Part shown: positions 16,161 through 24,087 of the stretch, one piece after another
Numbering within the stretch: the first letter of the stretch is position 1
Layout of the letters: each line of letters opens with the position of its first letter
DNA from: Gemmata obscuriglobus
GTDB lineage: Bacteria > Planctomycetota > Planctomycetia > Gemmatales > Gemmataceae
DNA length: 32,000 nt
Reading direction: 5' to 3'
Assembly (NCBI RefSeq): GCF_008065095.1
Contig: NZ_CP042911.1
Span: 4,380,001 to 4,412,000 of the forward strand
Translations under genes and position numbers: made by a program
The notes under the pieces: model-generated
The model's input: only the letters and a program-made list of their open reading frames with translations
What the model was told of the DNA's origin: nothing
Databases searched by the model: none

Positions 16161-16186
16161 GGGTAATCCGCCAACGGCCTCGGGTT

Positions 16187-16277
16187 GCCGAACATAAAGC
16201 TCACCTGCACCGCCATCATACCGCCAGCGAGGCGTCACAAATCAGCCGGCGGTGTCAGGTGCAGCGCCGGGTTCGGC
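16187..16277 (-). repeat. attC: attC recombination site (91 bp)
   Basis: Same architecture. Confidence 0.85.
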
Positions 16278-16283
16278 GGGCCT

Positions 16284-16628
16284 TTACTCCGCGCACAGGA
16301 AATCCGCGGCCTGCCACGCCGTAAAGCTCTGGGCTACTGGCTCAAAGCAGTCCGGCGTCATTGCCCCCATGCCGACGCTGTGGACCTGCCCGTCCGCGAG
16401 CGACAGCACGAGCGCGGCCCCGCCGCTGTTGTCGCCGATCATCAGGTGCCCTGGGCAGTACGCTCGCGACTCATAGGTGTCATTCCGCTCCATTACGGCG
16501 TTGCGACCGTACACCAGCGTTCGCCCATTGGCCGCGAGGAACGACACGGCGGTCCCCGCTAGGAAGGAACGGTACGGCTCCGGCAGCGGTCGCCCGAGCC
16601 ATGTCTCGACCTCTTCCAGCGACTGCAC
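16284..16628 (-). CDS. SMI1/KNR4 (SUKH-1) family immunity-like protein, diverged copy 3
   Basis: 114 aa with a few substitutions versus copies 1 and 2 (for example RTAV to RNAV, DTHE to DTYE, GGVAL to GGAAL). It has a different attC. Confidence 0.8.
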   Translation of the reverse strand: MQSLEEVETWLGRPLPEPYRSFLAGTAVSFLAANGRTLVYGRNAVMERNDTYESRAYCPGHLMIGDNSGGAALVLSLADGQVHSVGMGAMTPDCFEPVAQSFTAWQAADFLCAE

Positions 16629-16647
16629 GCTCTGCGCCCTCGGGGTG

Positions 16648-16737
16648 GCCGAACAAATAGCTCACCGGCCGCGCACGCCGCGACACGGTCTACCGAGTGC
16701 GTAGTTTACAGCGGTCCGGTGCAGCGCCGGGTTCGGC
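16648..16737 (-). repeat. attC: attC recombination site, variant-stem class (90 bp)
   Basis: Same class as 10448-10537 and 26637-26726. Confidence 0.8.
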
Positions 16738-16743
16738 GGGCCT

Positions 16744-17184
16744 TTACTCGGCAGGCGGCTCCCGCCCGGCCGCGACCTCGTCGATAGTGGCGTTGACCCG
16801 CCACGCTGCGTCCAAGTCGCAAGCTCGGAGCTGCGGCGGCACATGCCCCCGGCCGCGGATCCGGGCGACGAGCGCGTCGGGCAACCGCAGCCCGTGCCGC
16901 TCGACGTAGTGCGCCAGCGTGTGCGGCCAGAGCCACTCCCCATCCCACCGCCAGGTCGCATTGTCGGTCAGCGACTCGCCGCACAGCGAACATGGGCAGT
17001 AGCTCGGCTGCGTGGACCAGCACACCGGCGTCTGCCGCAGGTACTCCAGCAGTTCCGCTCGGTCCGCCACCTGCCAGGACGCATCGAGGAGACGACCGAG
17101 GGACGGGAACACATCGTCCTGCGTGGACTCCCAGCAGAAGAAGCCGAACCATCGGTGGGGCCAGTCCCGCCACAGGTCTGCCAC
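16744..17184 (-). CDS. hypothetical cassette protein (Trp/Cys-rich)
   Basis: 146 aa. GAGAGGG plus 8 nt plus GTG 17184. The leader is identical to that of 12949..13815. Confidence 0.65.
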   Translation of the reverse strand: MADLWRDWPHRWFGFFCWESTQDDVFPSLGRLLDASWQVADRAELLEYLRQTPVCWSTQPSYCPCSLCGESLTDNATWRWDGEWLWPHTLAHYVERHGLRLPDALVARIRGRGHVPPQLRACDLDAAWRVNATIDEVAAGREPPAE

Positions 17185-17201
17185 CGCCTAAGCCCTCTCT
17201 T

Positions 17202-17292
17202 GCCGAACGAACAGCTCACCTGCACCGCCCCCTCCCAGGGAGCGGTGCCATCCAGACTACATGGCGGTGTCAGGTGCAGCGCCGGGTTCGGC
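17202..17292 (-). repeat. attC: attC recombination site (91 bp)
   Basis: Same architecture. Confidence 0.85.
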
Positions 17293-17627
17293 TTGCTCAC
17301 ATCCGCGCCGCGCATCCGCGGAAGCCCGCCTACCGGTGCGGCCGAGCGGAGCGGCACCGATCCGACGCGCCGTGCCGCGGCACGCCGGAGGCCACCCACC
17401 ACCGCCACCCGCGGCGATGAGCCGCGCCCGACACCCACGGGCACCACGCGGAGCCACCACCGACCCGCACCGCCGTGTCCCCACGCGCTCCCGGCCGCGC
17501 CCAACCGCACCTCGCGGCGGCGAGCCGCGCCCGCCACCCACGGGCACCACGCGGAGCACTACACCCGGGGTTCACCAACGCGGACCACACGCCCACCGCC
17601 GCACGCGCGATCGTGCCCGCGATGGTT
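17293..17627 (-). repeat. ORF-less cassette, tandem-unit family (335 bp)
   Basis: Same family. Confidence 0.8.
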
Positions 17628-17717
17628 GCCGAACGAACAGCTCACCTGCACCGCCAGGATGAAGTGAGCATCACAACTGCGGCCGATGGCGGTGTCAGGT
17701 GCAGCGCCGGGTTCGGC
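17628..17717 (-). repeat. attC: attC recombination site (90 bp)
   Basis: Canonical arms. Loop AGGATGAAGTGAGCATCACAACTGCGGCCGAT resembles that of 24512-24601. Confidence 0.85.
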
Positions 17718-18176
17718 TCACTGACCTCCGCGGTTCCGGGCGACACGCGCCGCACCGCGGCTCCGCGGAGCCCGTGCCACCGGTGCGGCCGGGCGGAGCA
17801 CCCCCAACCCGATGCGCCGTGTCGCGACACATCGGAGGCCACCCACCACCGCCACCCGCGGCGATGAGCCGCGCCCGCCACCTACGGGCGCCACGCGGAG
17901 CACCACCGACACGAACCGCCGTGTCCCCACCCGCGCCCGGCCACGCCCAACCACACCTCGCGGCGGCGAGCCGCGCCAGACCCGATCGGCACCACGCGGA
18001 GCGCCACCGAACCGACACGCCGTGTCCGCACCCGCCACCGGCCGCGCCCACCGCACCTCGCGGCGACGAGCCGCGCCACACACCCACGGGCACCACGCGG
18101 AGCCCGACACGCACTGTTCACCTTTGCGGACCATACGTTCAGCGCCGCCGCACGCGCGATCGAGCGCCTTGGGGTT
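17718..18176 (-). repeat. ORF-less cassette, tandem-unit family (459 bp, 3 units)
   Basis: Same family with one extra ~100-nt unit. Confidence 0.8.
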
Positions 18177-18268
18177 GCCGAACGAACAGCTCACCTGCAC
18201 CGCGAGATCCCGGGCCGCGGTGCGTCGCAATACCGCATGGCGGTGTCAGGTGCAGCGCCGGGTTCGGC
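18177..18268 (-). repeat. attC: attC recombination site (92 bp)
   Basis: Same architecture. Confidence 0.85.
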
Positions 18269-18332
18269 GCGCGGACCTCCGCGGTTCCGGGCACACGCCG
18301 AGCGCCGCGGCTCCGCGGATGCCCGGGCCACC
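18269..18332 (-). repeat. ORF-less cassette, tandem-unit family, part 1 (split by an IS)
   Basis: Continues at 19639. Removing the IS and one target-duplication copy restores the family consensus (compare 17718-17800). Confidence 0.75.
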
Positions 18333-19638
18333 AGGGCAAACGCACTCAATCCCCTAGGAATCGCTGGATTCTAGCTAATTTTGAGGCGTGTGATCGAGCG
18401 GCCATCGCTCGCCTCCTGCGCATGTGCGGCCCCGCCTCCATATGATTCTGGCGCGCCCTCACCGCCTCGGAGTCTGCCGATGAGTGCCGCCCCCGGCCCA
18501 CGCCCGTTAATCGAGTACCTGTCCCAGATCCCGGATCCGCGGGTCGAGTTGAAGTGCTTCCACGACTTGATTGATGTACTCATGATCGTGACCTGTGGGA
18601 CGATCGTCGGGGCCGATGACTTCGTGTCGATCGCCGAGTTCGCGCGGGCCAAGGAGTCCTGGTTCCGGGACCGGCTGGGGCTGACGCTGCGCAACGGGAT
18701 TCCGTCCCACGACACCCTCAACCGGGTGTTCGCGCTGGTCCGCCCGGAGGCGTTCGGGCGGTGCTTCCGGGCGTGGGTCGCGGACGCCGCCGAGGGCCTC
18801 CGGGTGCCCCACATCCCGATCGACGGGAAGACCATGCGGGGGTCCAAGCGGGTCACCGGCACGGGGGCTCGCAAGGCCACACACATCGTCAGCGCATGGG
18901 CTCAGCAGTTGGGCCTCACGTTGGCCCAGGTGAAGACCGACGAGAAGTCCAACGAGATCACCGCGATCCCGGAACTGCTGGAGCGGCTGGACCTCGCGGG
19001 GGCCCTGGTGAGCATCGACGCGATGGGCACCCAGAAGGACATCGCCCAGCAGATCGTGGCCGCCAAGGGGGACTACCTGCTGGCGGTCAAGGACAACCAG
19101 CCGCGGCTGCTCGAGGACATCCAGCGGTTGGCCGAGGGGGCCCTAGAGGCGAGCTACGCGGGCCGCTCGACCGACCTCAACGAAGGAACGGGCCACGGGC
19201 GCGAGGAGATGCGGTTCTGTTTCGTGATCGACGACCTGGAGTCGATCCGGGACCGGAATGTGTGGCCCCGGTTGCGGTCCGTCGTGGTGCTCGTCAGCAG
19301 CCGCACGGTCGCCGGTAGGACGAGCGACGAGGTGCGGTATTACATCAGCTCGCGGAAGGCATCGGCCAAGCGGTTCCAAACGTGGATCCGGGCTCATTGG
19401 TGCATCGAGAATTCATGCCATTGGGTGCTGGATGTCGCGTTCCGAGAAGACGACCACCGACTCCGTGAAGGGCACGGCCCGCAGAATATGGCCCTCGTGC
19501 GCAAGATCGCCTTGGCGATGTTGAAGAAGGCAAACGCCAAATGTGGGATCAAGAACCGGCGACTCAAGGCCGGATGGGATAATACCTACCTCGAACAGGT
19601 ACTACTGAAAAATCCCGAGGATTGAGTGCGTTTGCCCT
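18333..19638 (+). mobile_element. ISAs1-family insertion sequence (~1.3 kb)
   Basis: Terminal inverted repeats AGGGCAAACGCACTCAATCC / GGATTGAGTGCGTTTGCCCT. A 10-12 bp target duplication (G)CCCGGGCCAC(C) lies at 18321-18332 and 19639-19650. Confidence 0.85.
18480..19625 (+). CDS. ISAs1-family transposase
   Basis: Track ORF is 18381..19625. I prefer ATG 18480. The N-terminal LSQIPDPRVELKCFHDLIDVLMIVTCGTIVGADDFVSIAEFARAK and the later IDAMGTQKDIA and HWCIENSCHWVLDVAFREDD are hallmarks of this family. Confidence 0.85.
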   Translation: MSAAPGPRPLIEYLSQIPDPRVELKCFHDLIDVLMIVTCGTIVGADDFVSIAEFARAKESWFRDRLGLTLRNGIPSHDTLNRVFALVRPEAFGRCFRAWVADAAEGLRVPHIPIDGKTMRGSKRVTGTGARKATHIVSAWAQQLGLTLAQVKTDEKSNEITAIPELLERLDLAGALVSIDAMGTQKDIAQQIVAAKGDYLLAVKDNQPRLLEDIQRLAEGALEASYAGRSTDLNEGTGHGREEMRFCFVIDDLESIRDRNVWPRLRSVVVLVSSRTVAGRTSDEVRYYISSRKASAKRFQTWIRAHWCIENSCHWVLDVAFREDDHRLREGHGPQNMALVRKIALAMLKKANAKCGIKNRRLKAGWDNTYLEQVLLKNPED

Positions 19639-19921
19639 GCCCGGGCCACCGGTGCGGCCGAGCGGAGCACCACCGAACCGACGCCCCGTGTCCCGGCATA
19701 TCGAGGGCCACGCCCACCGACAACTCGCGGCGACGAGCCGCGCCGACCACCGGCGGGCACCACGCGGAGCACCACCGACCCGAACCACCGTGTCCCCACC
19801 CGCGCCTCGCGGCGGCGAGCCGCGCCCGCTCCGACCGGCACCACGCGGAGCCCGACACGCGCGGTTCACTCACGCGGACCACGCGCCCACCACCGCACGC
19901 GCGCTCCTGCACGCGATGGTG
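19639..19921 (-). repeat. ORF-less cassette, tandem-unit family, part 2
   Basis: See 18269-18332. Confidence 0.75.
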
Positions 19922-20017
19922 GCCGAACAGGAAGCTCAGTAGCGGCGGGGCCCGGCTGAGCTCCACGTCACGGAGACCCTACACACCCCCGCCATCTGCT
20001 GCAGCGCGGGGTTCGGC
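19922..20017 (-). repeat. attC: attC recombination site, divergent arms (96 bp)
   Basis: GCCGAAC and GTTCGGC cores are retained. The arms are AGCTCAGTAGCGGCGGGG and CCCCGCCATCTGCTGCAGC. Confidence 0.7.
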
Positions 20018-20455
20018 CGCGAGCTGGTCGAGTACCGGGTACTTGATCGCCCAGTACCGGAAGTAGTAGATCGGGGCCATCGACGCCCGCCACGTCTCGT
20101 ACTGGAGGACGGCCTCGTCGCTCCCGGCGAGCCGAAGCCACATGACCCCCAGCCCCACCCGCCCGCCGGTCTTGAAGTCGCCGAACCAGGTGTCGCGGAC
20201 ATCGAGGGTGGCGGCCGCCACCTCCCGGCCAGCATAGGCACCGAGCACCCGCCGGGTGGTGAGCAGAAACCAGCCGTCCGCTGCGAGGAAGAAGCTGACG
20301 ATGACCAACTCCCCCGGCTGTAGCGCGGCACGGGCCAGCGCCTCCGGGTGGGCGTCACCGACCAGCGTGTACCGGTACTCCGGCGTGCTGATCGCGTGCT
20401 TGCCGATGTACCAGAGCGCCGTCGAGCGGATCTTCGCGTCGGGCCAGTTGTCCAA
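19979..20455 (-). CDS. hypothetical cassette protein
   Basis: 158 aa with a TTG start at 20455 after GGGGGG. The stop lies inside the attC. Confidence 0.55.
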   Translation of the reverse strand: MDNWPDAKIRSTALWYIGKHAISTPEYRYTLVGDAHPEALARAALQPGELVIVSFFLAADGWFLLTTRRVLGAYAGREVAAATLDVRDTWFGDFKTGGRVGLGVMWLRLAGSDEAVLQYETWRASMAPIYYFRYWAIKYPVLDQLAAEPRAAADGGGV

Positions 20456-20471
20456 CCGCGTGCCCCCCAGG

Positions 20472-20561
20472 GCCGAACGAACAGCTCACCTGCACCGCCC
20501 CTCCAAGGGAGGGATGCGTTCCGAACTCCGTGGCGGTGTCAGGTGCAGCGCCGGGTTCGGC
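20472..20561 (-). repeat. attC: attC recombination site (90 bp)
   Basis: Same architecture. Confidence 0.85.
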
Positions 20562-20796
20562 GCGCGCACCACCGCGGTTCGCTTCTGCGCCGTTGCGCAC
20601 GCGGCTGCGCGGAGCCCGCGCCGGCGCCGCGCATCGGCCGTGCCCGAGGCCGCGACATGCGCGGTGCCGTGCGGCCCGCCGCTGCATCTCAACCGGGGCC
20701 GCGGCGACACCCGGCACCTCGTGCGACACAACCGTCTTACGCACCGCGGGCCACGCGCCCACCACCGCCGCACGCGCGTTCATGCACGCGATGGTA
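20562..20796 (-). repeat. ORF-less cassette, subfamily b (235 bp)
   Basis: Related to 10538-10800. Confidence 0.7.
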
Positions 20797-20887
20797 GCCG
20801 AACGAACAGCTCACCTGCACCGCCATCACCGGATGAGCGGTGCGTCACAAGTCAGCGGGCGGTGTCAGGTGCAGCGCCGGGTTCGGC
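20797..20887 (-). repeat. attC: attC recombination site (91 bp)
   Basis: Same architecture. Confidence 0.85.
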
Positions 20888-21221
20888 TCGCTCACATCCG
20901 CGCAGCGCATCCGCGGATGCCCGCCCACCGGTGCGACCGGGCGGAGCACCACCGAACCACGGCGCCGTGTCCCGACACATCGGGGGCCACCCACCACCGC
21001 CACACGCGGCGATGAGCCGCGCCCGCGACCGATCGGTCTCAGCGGAGCACCACCGACCCGCACCACCGTGTCCCCATCCGCACCCGGCCACAACCACCGC
21101 AAGCTCGCGGCGACGAGCCGCGCCAGCCCCAACCGGCACCACGCGAAGCCCGACGCGCGCGGTTCACCACCGCGGACCACACGCACACCGCCGCACGCGC
21201 GCCCTCATGCACGCGATGGTT
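20888..21221 (-). repeat. ORF-less cassette, tandem-unit family (334 bp)
   Basis: Same family. Confidence 0.8.
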
Positions 21222-21289
21222 GCCGAACAAATAGCTCACCTGCGGCGGGCGGCTTTGAGCCCGCCGTCAGGTGCAGCGACGGGTTCGGC
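21222..21289 (-). repeat. attC: attC recombination site, short class (68 bp)
   Basis: GCCGAACAAATAGCTCACCTGCGGCGGGCGGCTTTGAGCCCGCCGTCAGGTGCAGCGACGGGTTCGGC. The arms are retained and the loop is shortened. Confidence 0.8.
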
Positions 21290-21297
21290 ACTGCCAC

Positions 21298-21747
21298 CTA
21301 CGCGGTTGTGGACCAGAAGAACGCTACGAACGTCTCGGCCACCGCCGCCACCGCCGCCACGTCATTCCAGTCCGCGTACATCCGCAGGCCCGACCGATAT
21401 CCGGTCAACTCGACCAGGTATGGCGGGAGGGGCCGACGCAGCCCGCTGCCGTACTCCGCGACCAGCCGGGCGAACTCATGCGCGGTGATCGGCTCGCAGA
21501 GCCCGGCTTCGGCATATGGCCGGAAGTACGTCTCCCTGCCCGACCAACCCTGCGCCTGAAGTGCCTCCATCCAGAACCGGAGACCACTGGCGAAGTCACG
21601 CTTCCAACCGAGGAACGCCCAGATGGACTCCTCGCAGTCCGGTGAGACGAAGTCTTGGCCCTCGAACTGCGTAACCTCCAGTCGCGGAGAATCAGTGGCT
21701 GCAACGCGAGGGAGCTCGGCGATCAGTTCTTGCCGGGTGAACACCAC
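21298..21747 (-). CDS. hypothetical cassette protein
   Basis: 149 aa with a GTG start at 21747. The stop is 8 nt from the attC. Confidence 0.65.
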   Translation of the reverse strand: MVFTRQELIAELPRVAATDSPRLEVTQFEGQDFVSPDCEESIWAFLGWKRDFASGLRFWMEALQAQGWSGRETYFRPYAEAGLCEPITAHEFARLVAEYGSGLRRPLPPYLVELTGYRSGLRMYADWNDVAAVAAVAETFVAFFWSTTA

Positions 21748-21763
21748 ATCTGCGCCTCTGGTT

Positions 21764-21854
21764 GCCGAACATAAAGCTCACCTGCACTGCCAGGATCGAG
21801 TGAGCAACACAACGCAGATCAGATGGCGGTGTCAGGTGCAGCGCCGGGTTCGGC
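21764..21854 (-). repeat. attC: attC recombination site (91 bp)
   Basis: Same architecture. Confidence 0.85.
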
Positions 21855-22070
21855 GCCTCGAGTGTTCCTGACGACACGCCCGGCCGCGAAGCCACTCGCC
21901 CATGCCACGCGGGTTGCGATCAGTGGTGGCATGACGGCCGACACGGCCAGCACCATCAGCGCACCCAACGGCTGCTCGGACGCGATCGACCCGGCTACCT
22001 GCATCCCGCCGAGCGTGATGAGCGCACCCATCACCACATGCAGGATCGTGAGCGCGGCTTTCTGGGACAC
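21819..22070 (-). CDS. small membrane protein (two predicted TM helices)
   Basis: Track ORF is 21819..22076. GGAGG plus 6 nt plus GTG 22070. Hydrophobic segments ALTILHVVMGALITLGG and LGALMVLAVSAVMPPLI. The stop lies inside the attC. Confidence 0.55.
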   Translation of the reverse strand: MSQKAALTILHVVMGALITLGGMQVAGSIASEQPLGALMVLAVSAVMPPLIATRVAWASGFAAGRVVRNTRGAEPGAAPDTAI

Positions 22071-22084
22071 GCGCAACCTCCGCT

Positions 22085-22175
22085 GCCGAACATAAAGCTC
22101 ACCTGCACCGCCATCATACCGTCAGCAACGCGTCACAAATCAGCGGGCGGTGTCAGGTGCAGCGCCGGGTTCGGC
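22085..22175 (-). repeat. attC: attC recombination site (91 bp)
   Basis: Same architecture. Confidence 0.85.
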
Positions 22176-22192
22176 ATCTGCGCAGCCCCCAG

Positions 22193-22624
22193 CTACCCGC
22201 CGTTGACCTCGGCCGCCACGACCCGACCATCCGGGCCGAAGTGAACGTACAGGAAGGCGTCGTCGAAGCCGTATGGGCCGAGGCCGCTCCAGCATCCCAG
22301 CCAGTACACCCACGTCTCCGGGTGGTCCAGTCGAACGCCGTACCCGTCCACCGGCCCCCGCGGGTCACGCGACGGTGGCTCGCCCTCGCCCAGCAGTTCC
22401 CGCACACGCTCTTTGGGCGTCCCAGCGGGCAGGTGGCGGATGGCGTCACGGGCCATCGGCCCCCGCCCCCGCTCGTCGGCGGCCGCCCACGCCGCCGGGC
22501 TGAATGGGCGGTCGTCGAACGGGTCGAGATACCGGTCGAGCGCGACGAACCCGGCCACGCACCCGCGGGCCAACAGCAACGCGGCCAGGGCGAGCAAGCC
22601 GACGACACACTTCCACCGCCGCAT
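22193..22624 (-). CDS. secreted or anchored protein
   Basis: 143 aa, ATG 22624, with an MRRWKCVVGLLALAALLLARGCVAG signal-like N-terminus. Confidence 0.7.
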   Translation of the reverse strand: MRRWKCVVGLLALAALLLARGCVAGFVALDRYLDPFDDRPFSPAAWAAADERGRGPMARDAIRHLPAGTPKERVRELLGEGEPPSRDPRGPVDGYGVRLDHPETWVYWLGCWSGLGPYGFDDAFLYVHFGPDGRVVAAEVNGG

Positions 22625-22641
22625 CTCGCACTGCCTCTGTT

Positions 22642-22732
22642 GCCGAACATAAAGCTCACCTGCACCGCCCTCACCGGATGAGCGGTGCGTCCCGAATCAG
22701 CCGGCGGTGTCAGGTGCAGCGCCGGGTTCGGC
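22642..22732 (-). repeat. attC: attC recombination site (91 bp), identical to 23997-24087
   Basis: Part of an exact cassette duplication. Confidence 0.85.
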
Positions 22733-23146
22733 GTTTGGGGATAACCCGGCGGCCAGGAACGCGGGGAACGAAGGGGCCATCTCGTGGATGCCGCCAAAGT
22801 CGTGATCCTCGACCAGCACTCGCCCGGACGAGAGCTCGATGCCGAACGGGTTGCCGCCGCCATCCCAACCGATGATGAACACTCCTCGCATGTGCCAGAA
22901 CTCGTTGTCCGCTCGGAACTGGCGGTGCGAATCGGCCAACTCGGGCAGCCCGTCGATCCACTCGCCGTCACCGCCCACGCGCCCGCCGCACACCGTCAGG
23001 TACTCGCGGAACGCTGGCGGGATCGTCCCGAACTCGACCTCGAACGCCCGCAGGTCGCCCTCGGCGGCCGGCGGGTGGCGTTCCTCCTCAGGGCAGGCGT
23101 GCCACGCCGCGACAAGGAGTTGCCGCAGTCGCTCGTTCACATGCAA
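22697..23146 (-). CDS. SMI1/KNR4 (SUKH-1) family immunity-like protein, type B copy 1
   Basis: LRAFEVEFGTIPPAFREYL ... IIGWDGGGNPFGIEL ... APSFPAFL is the SMI1_KNR4 pattern. The track gives a TTG start at 23146, but GTG 23140 has better AGAGGG spacing. The stop lies inside the attC. Confidence 0.8.
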   Translation of the reverse strand: MHVNERLRQLLVAAWHACPEEERHPPAAEGDLRAFEVEFGTIPPAFREYLTVCGGRVGGDGEWIDGLPELADSHRQFRADNEFWHMRGVFIIGWDGGGNPFGIELSSGRVLVEDHDFGGIHEMAPSFPAFLAAGLSPNAEPGAAPDTAG

Positions 23147-23156
23147 GCCCTCTGTG

Positions 23157-23247
23157 GCCGAACAGAAAGCTCACCTGCACCGCCATCATGGGATGAGCGA
23201 TGCGTCCCGAATCAGCGGGCGGTGTCAGGTGCAGCGCCGGGTTCGGC
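23157..23247 (-). repeat. attC: attC recombination site (91 bp)
   Basis: Same architecture. Confidence 0.85.
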
Positions 23248-23390
23248 TCTTCGTCGGCCGTAGCGGTTCCGCGGAGCCCGCTCCACCGACACACATCCGT
23301 AGAGCCACCACCGACGCGCGTCCGCGGAGCCGCGACCGCGCATCTGCTGCACCCGCCTGGCCGCCGAAGTCCGCCGAGGCAAGCCTCTGT
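23248..23390 (-). repeat. 3' untranslated part of a cassette containing a fragment of the ORF-less family
   Basis: 23248-~23320 (GCGGTTCCGCGGAGCCCGC ... CATCCGTAGAGCCACCACCGAC) aligns with the attC-adjacent module of 24602-24937 and 15185-15521. Confidence 0.6.
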
Positions 23391-23654
23391 TCAAGTCTCC
23401 GACGTGCCCGGAAGCCGGGCGCCGCAGAACGAGCAACGGGTGAGGCTCGGTCCAACCAGGATCGACACCCGGCGACACGACAGGCACACGGCCCGTCGCA
23501 CCCCGACTGCTACCGCGATAGCCCCCACCACAGCGCCAAGACCGGTGAACATCAGCGACAGAGGCCACATCTGCGAGAGCAGTAATCCGCCGAAGAACAG
23601 GATAGCGGCAACTGTCAATCCGTGCCGGTATGTTCTTCGTCGCCATTCTGCCAC
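23391..23654 (-). CDS. small membrane protein with C-terminal CxxC-x13-CxxC zinc-ribbon
   Basis: Track ORF 23391..23861 is a read-through. AGAGGG plus 6 nt plus GTG 23654. 87 aa with two hydrophobic helices followed by CLSCRRVSILVGPSLTRCSFCG. Confidence 0.55.
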   Translation of the reverse strand: MAEWRRRTYRHGLTVAAILFFGGLLLSQMWPLSLMFTGLGAVVGAIAVAVGVRRAVCLSCRRVSILVGPSLTRCSFCGARLPGTSET

Positions 23655-23670
23655 CGTTCGCCCTCTGCTT

Positions 23671-23762
23671 GCCGAACCAGGAGCTGAGCTGCAAGCCGCC
23701 CCTCTCAGGACGGTCTCCCCTTGCTCCCGCGACGGCTGGTCAGCTCCAGCGGGGGGTTCGGC
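23671..23762 (-). repeat. attC: attC-like site, divergent (92 bp), nested in a larger 153-bp palindrome ending at 23823
   Basis: GCCGAAC at 23671, with GTTCGGC both at 23756-23762 and at 23817-23823. 23797-23823 is a near-perfect complement of 23671-23697. Confidence 0.55.
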
Positions 23763-23823
23763 CGACGGCCGCCTCCTTCCGCCAGAGGATGAGTGAGCCT
23801 TGCAGCTCAGCTCCGGGTTCGGC

Positions 23824-23996
23824 CGCCGCCGGATGAGCTCAGCCCACCGGGGACATCGCACGGCGGGAGATCACCATGCGACCTCAGGCCGCTCGGATCG
23901 GCGGGCCCTCGCCGGTCGCCTTCACCAGGGGGGAGGTGGCGACAACCTTACGACCGCCCGCCGATCCGCGGCGAATGCAACCACCTCACGGCGGCG
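23824..23996 (-). repeat. short unique ORF-less cassette with a long hairpin
   Basis: No ORF longer than about 13 codons. 12-bp perfect inverted repeat GGATCGGCGGGC (23895-23906) / GCCCGCCGATCC (23956-23967), with an inner GTCGCC..GGCGAC pairing. Confidence 0.5.
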
Positions 23997-24087
23997 GCCG
24001 AACATAAAGCTCACCTGCACCGCCCTCACCGGATGAGCGGTGCGTCCCGAATCAGCCGGCGGTGTCAGGTGCAGCGCCGGGTTCGGC
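23997..24087 (-). repeat. attC: attC recombination site (91 bp), identical to 22642-22732
   Basis: Part of an exact cassette duplication. Confidence 0.85.

Noticed and set aside
18381-18479. A 33-codon N-terminal extension of the ISAs1 transposase in the track ORF.
   Set aside because: The conserved ISAs1 N-terminal motif begins right after the ATG at 18480. The extension is low-complexity and would start inside the inverted-repeat-proximal region.
22841-22847. Internal GCCGAAC heptamers inside ORFs (for example 22841 and 24196) could be extra attC cores.
   Set aside because: They have no partner arm or inverse core at an appropriate distance, so they are chance occurrences.
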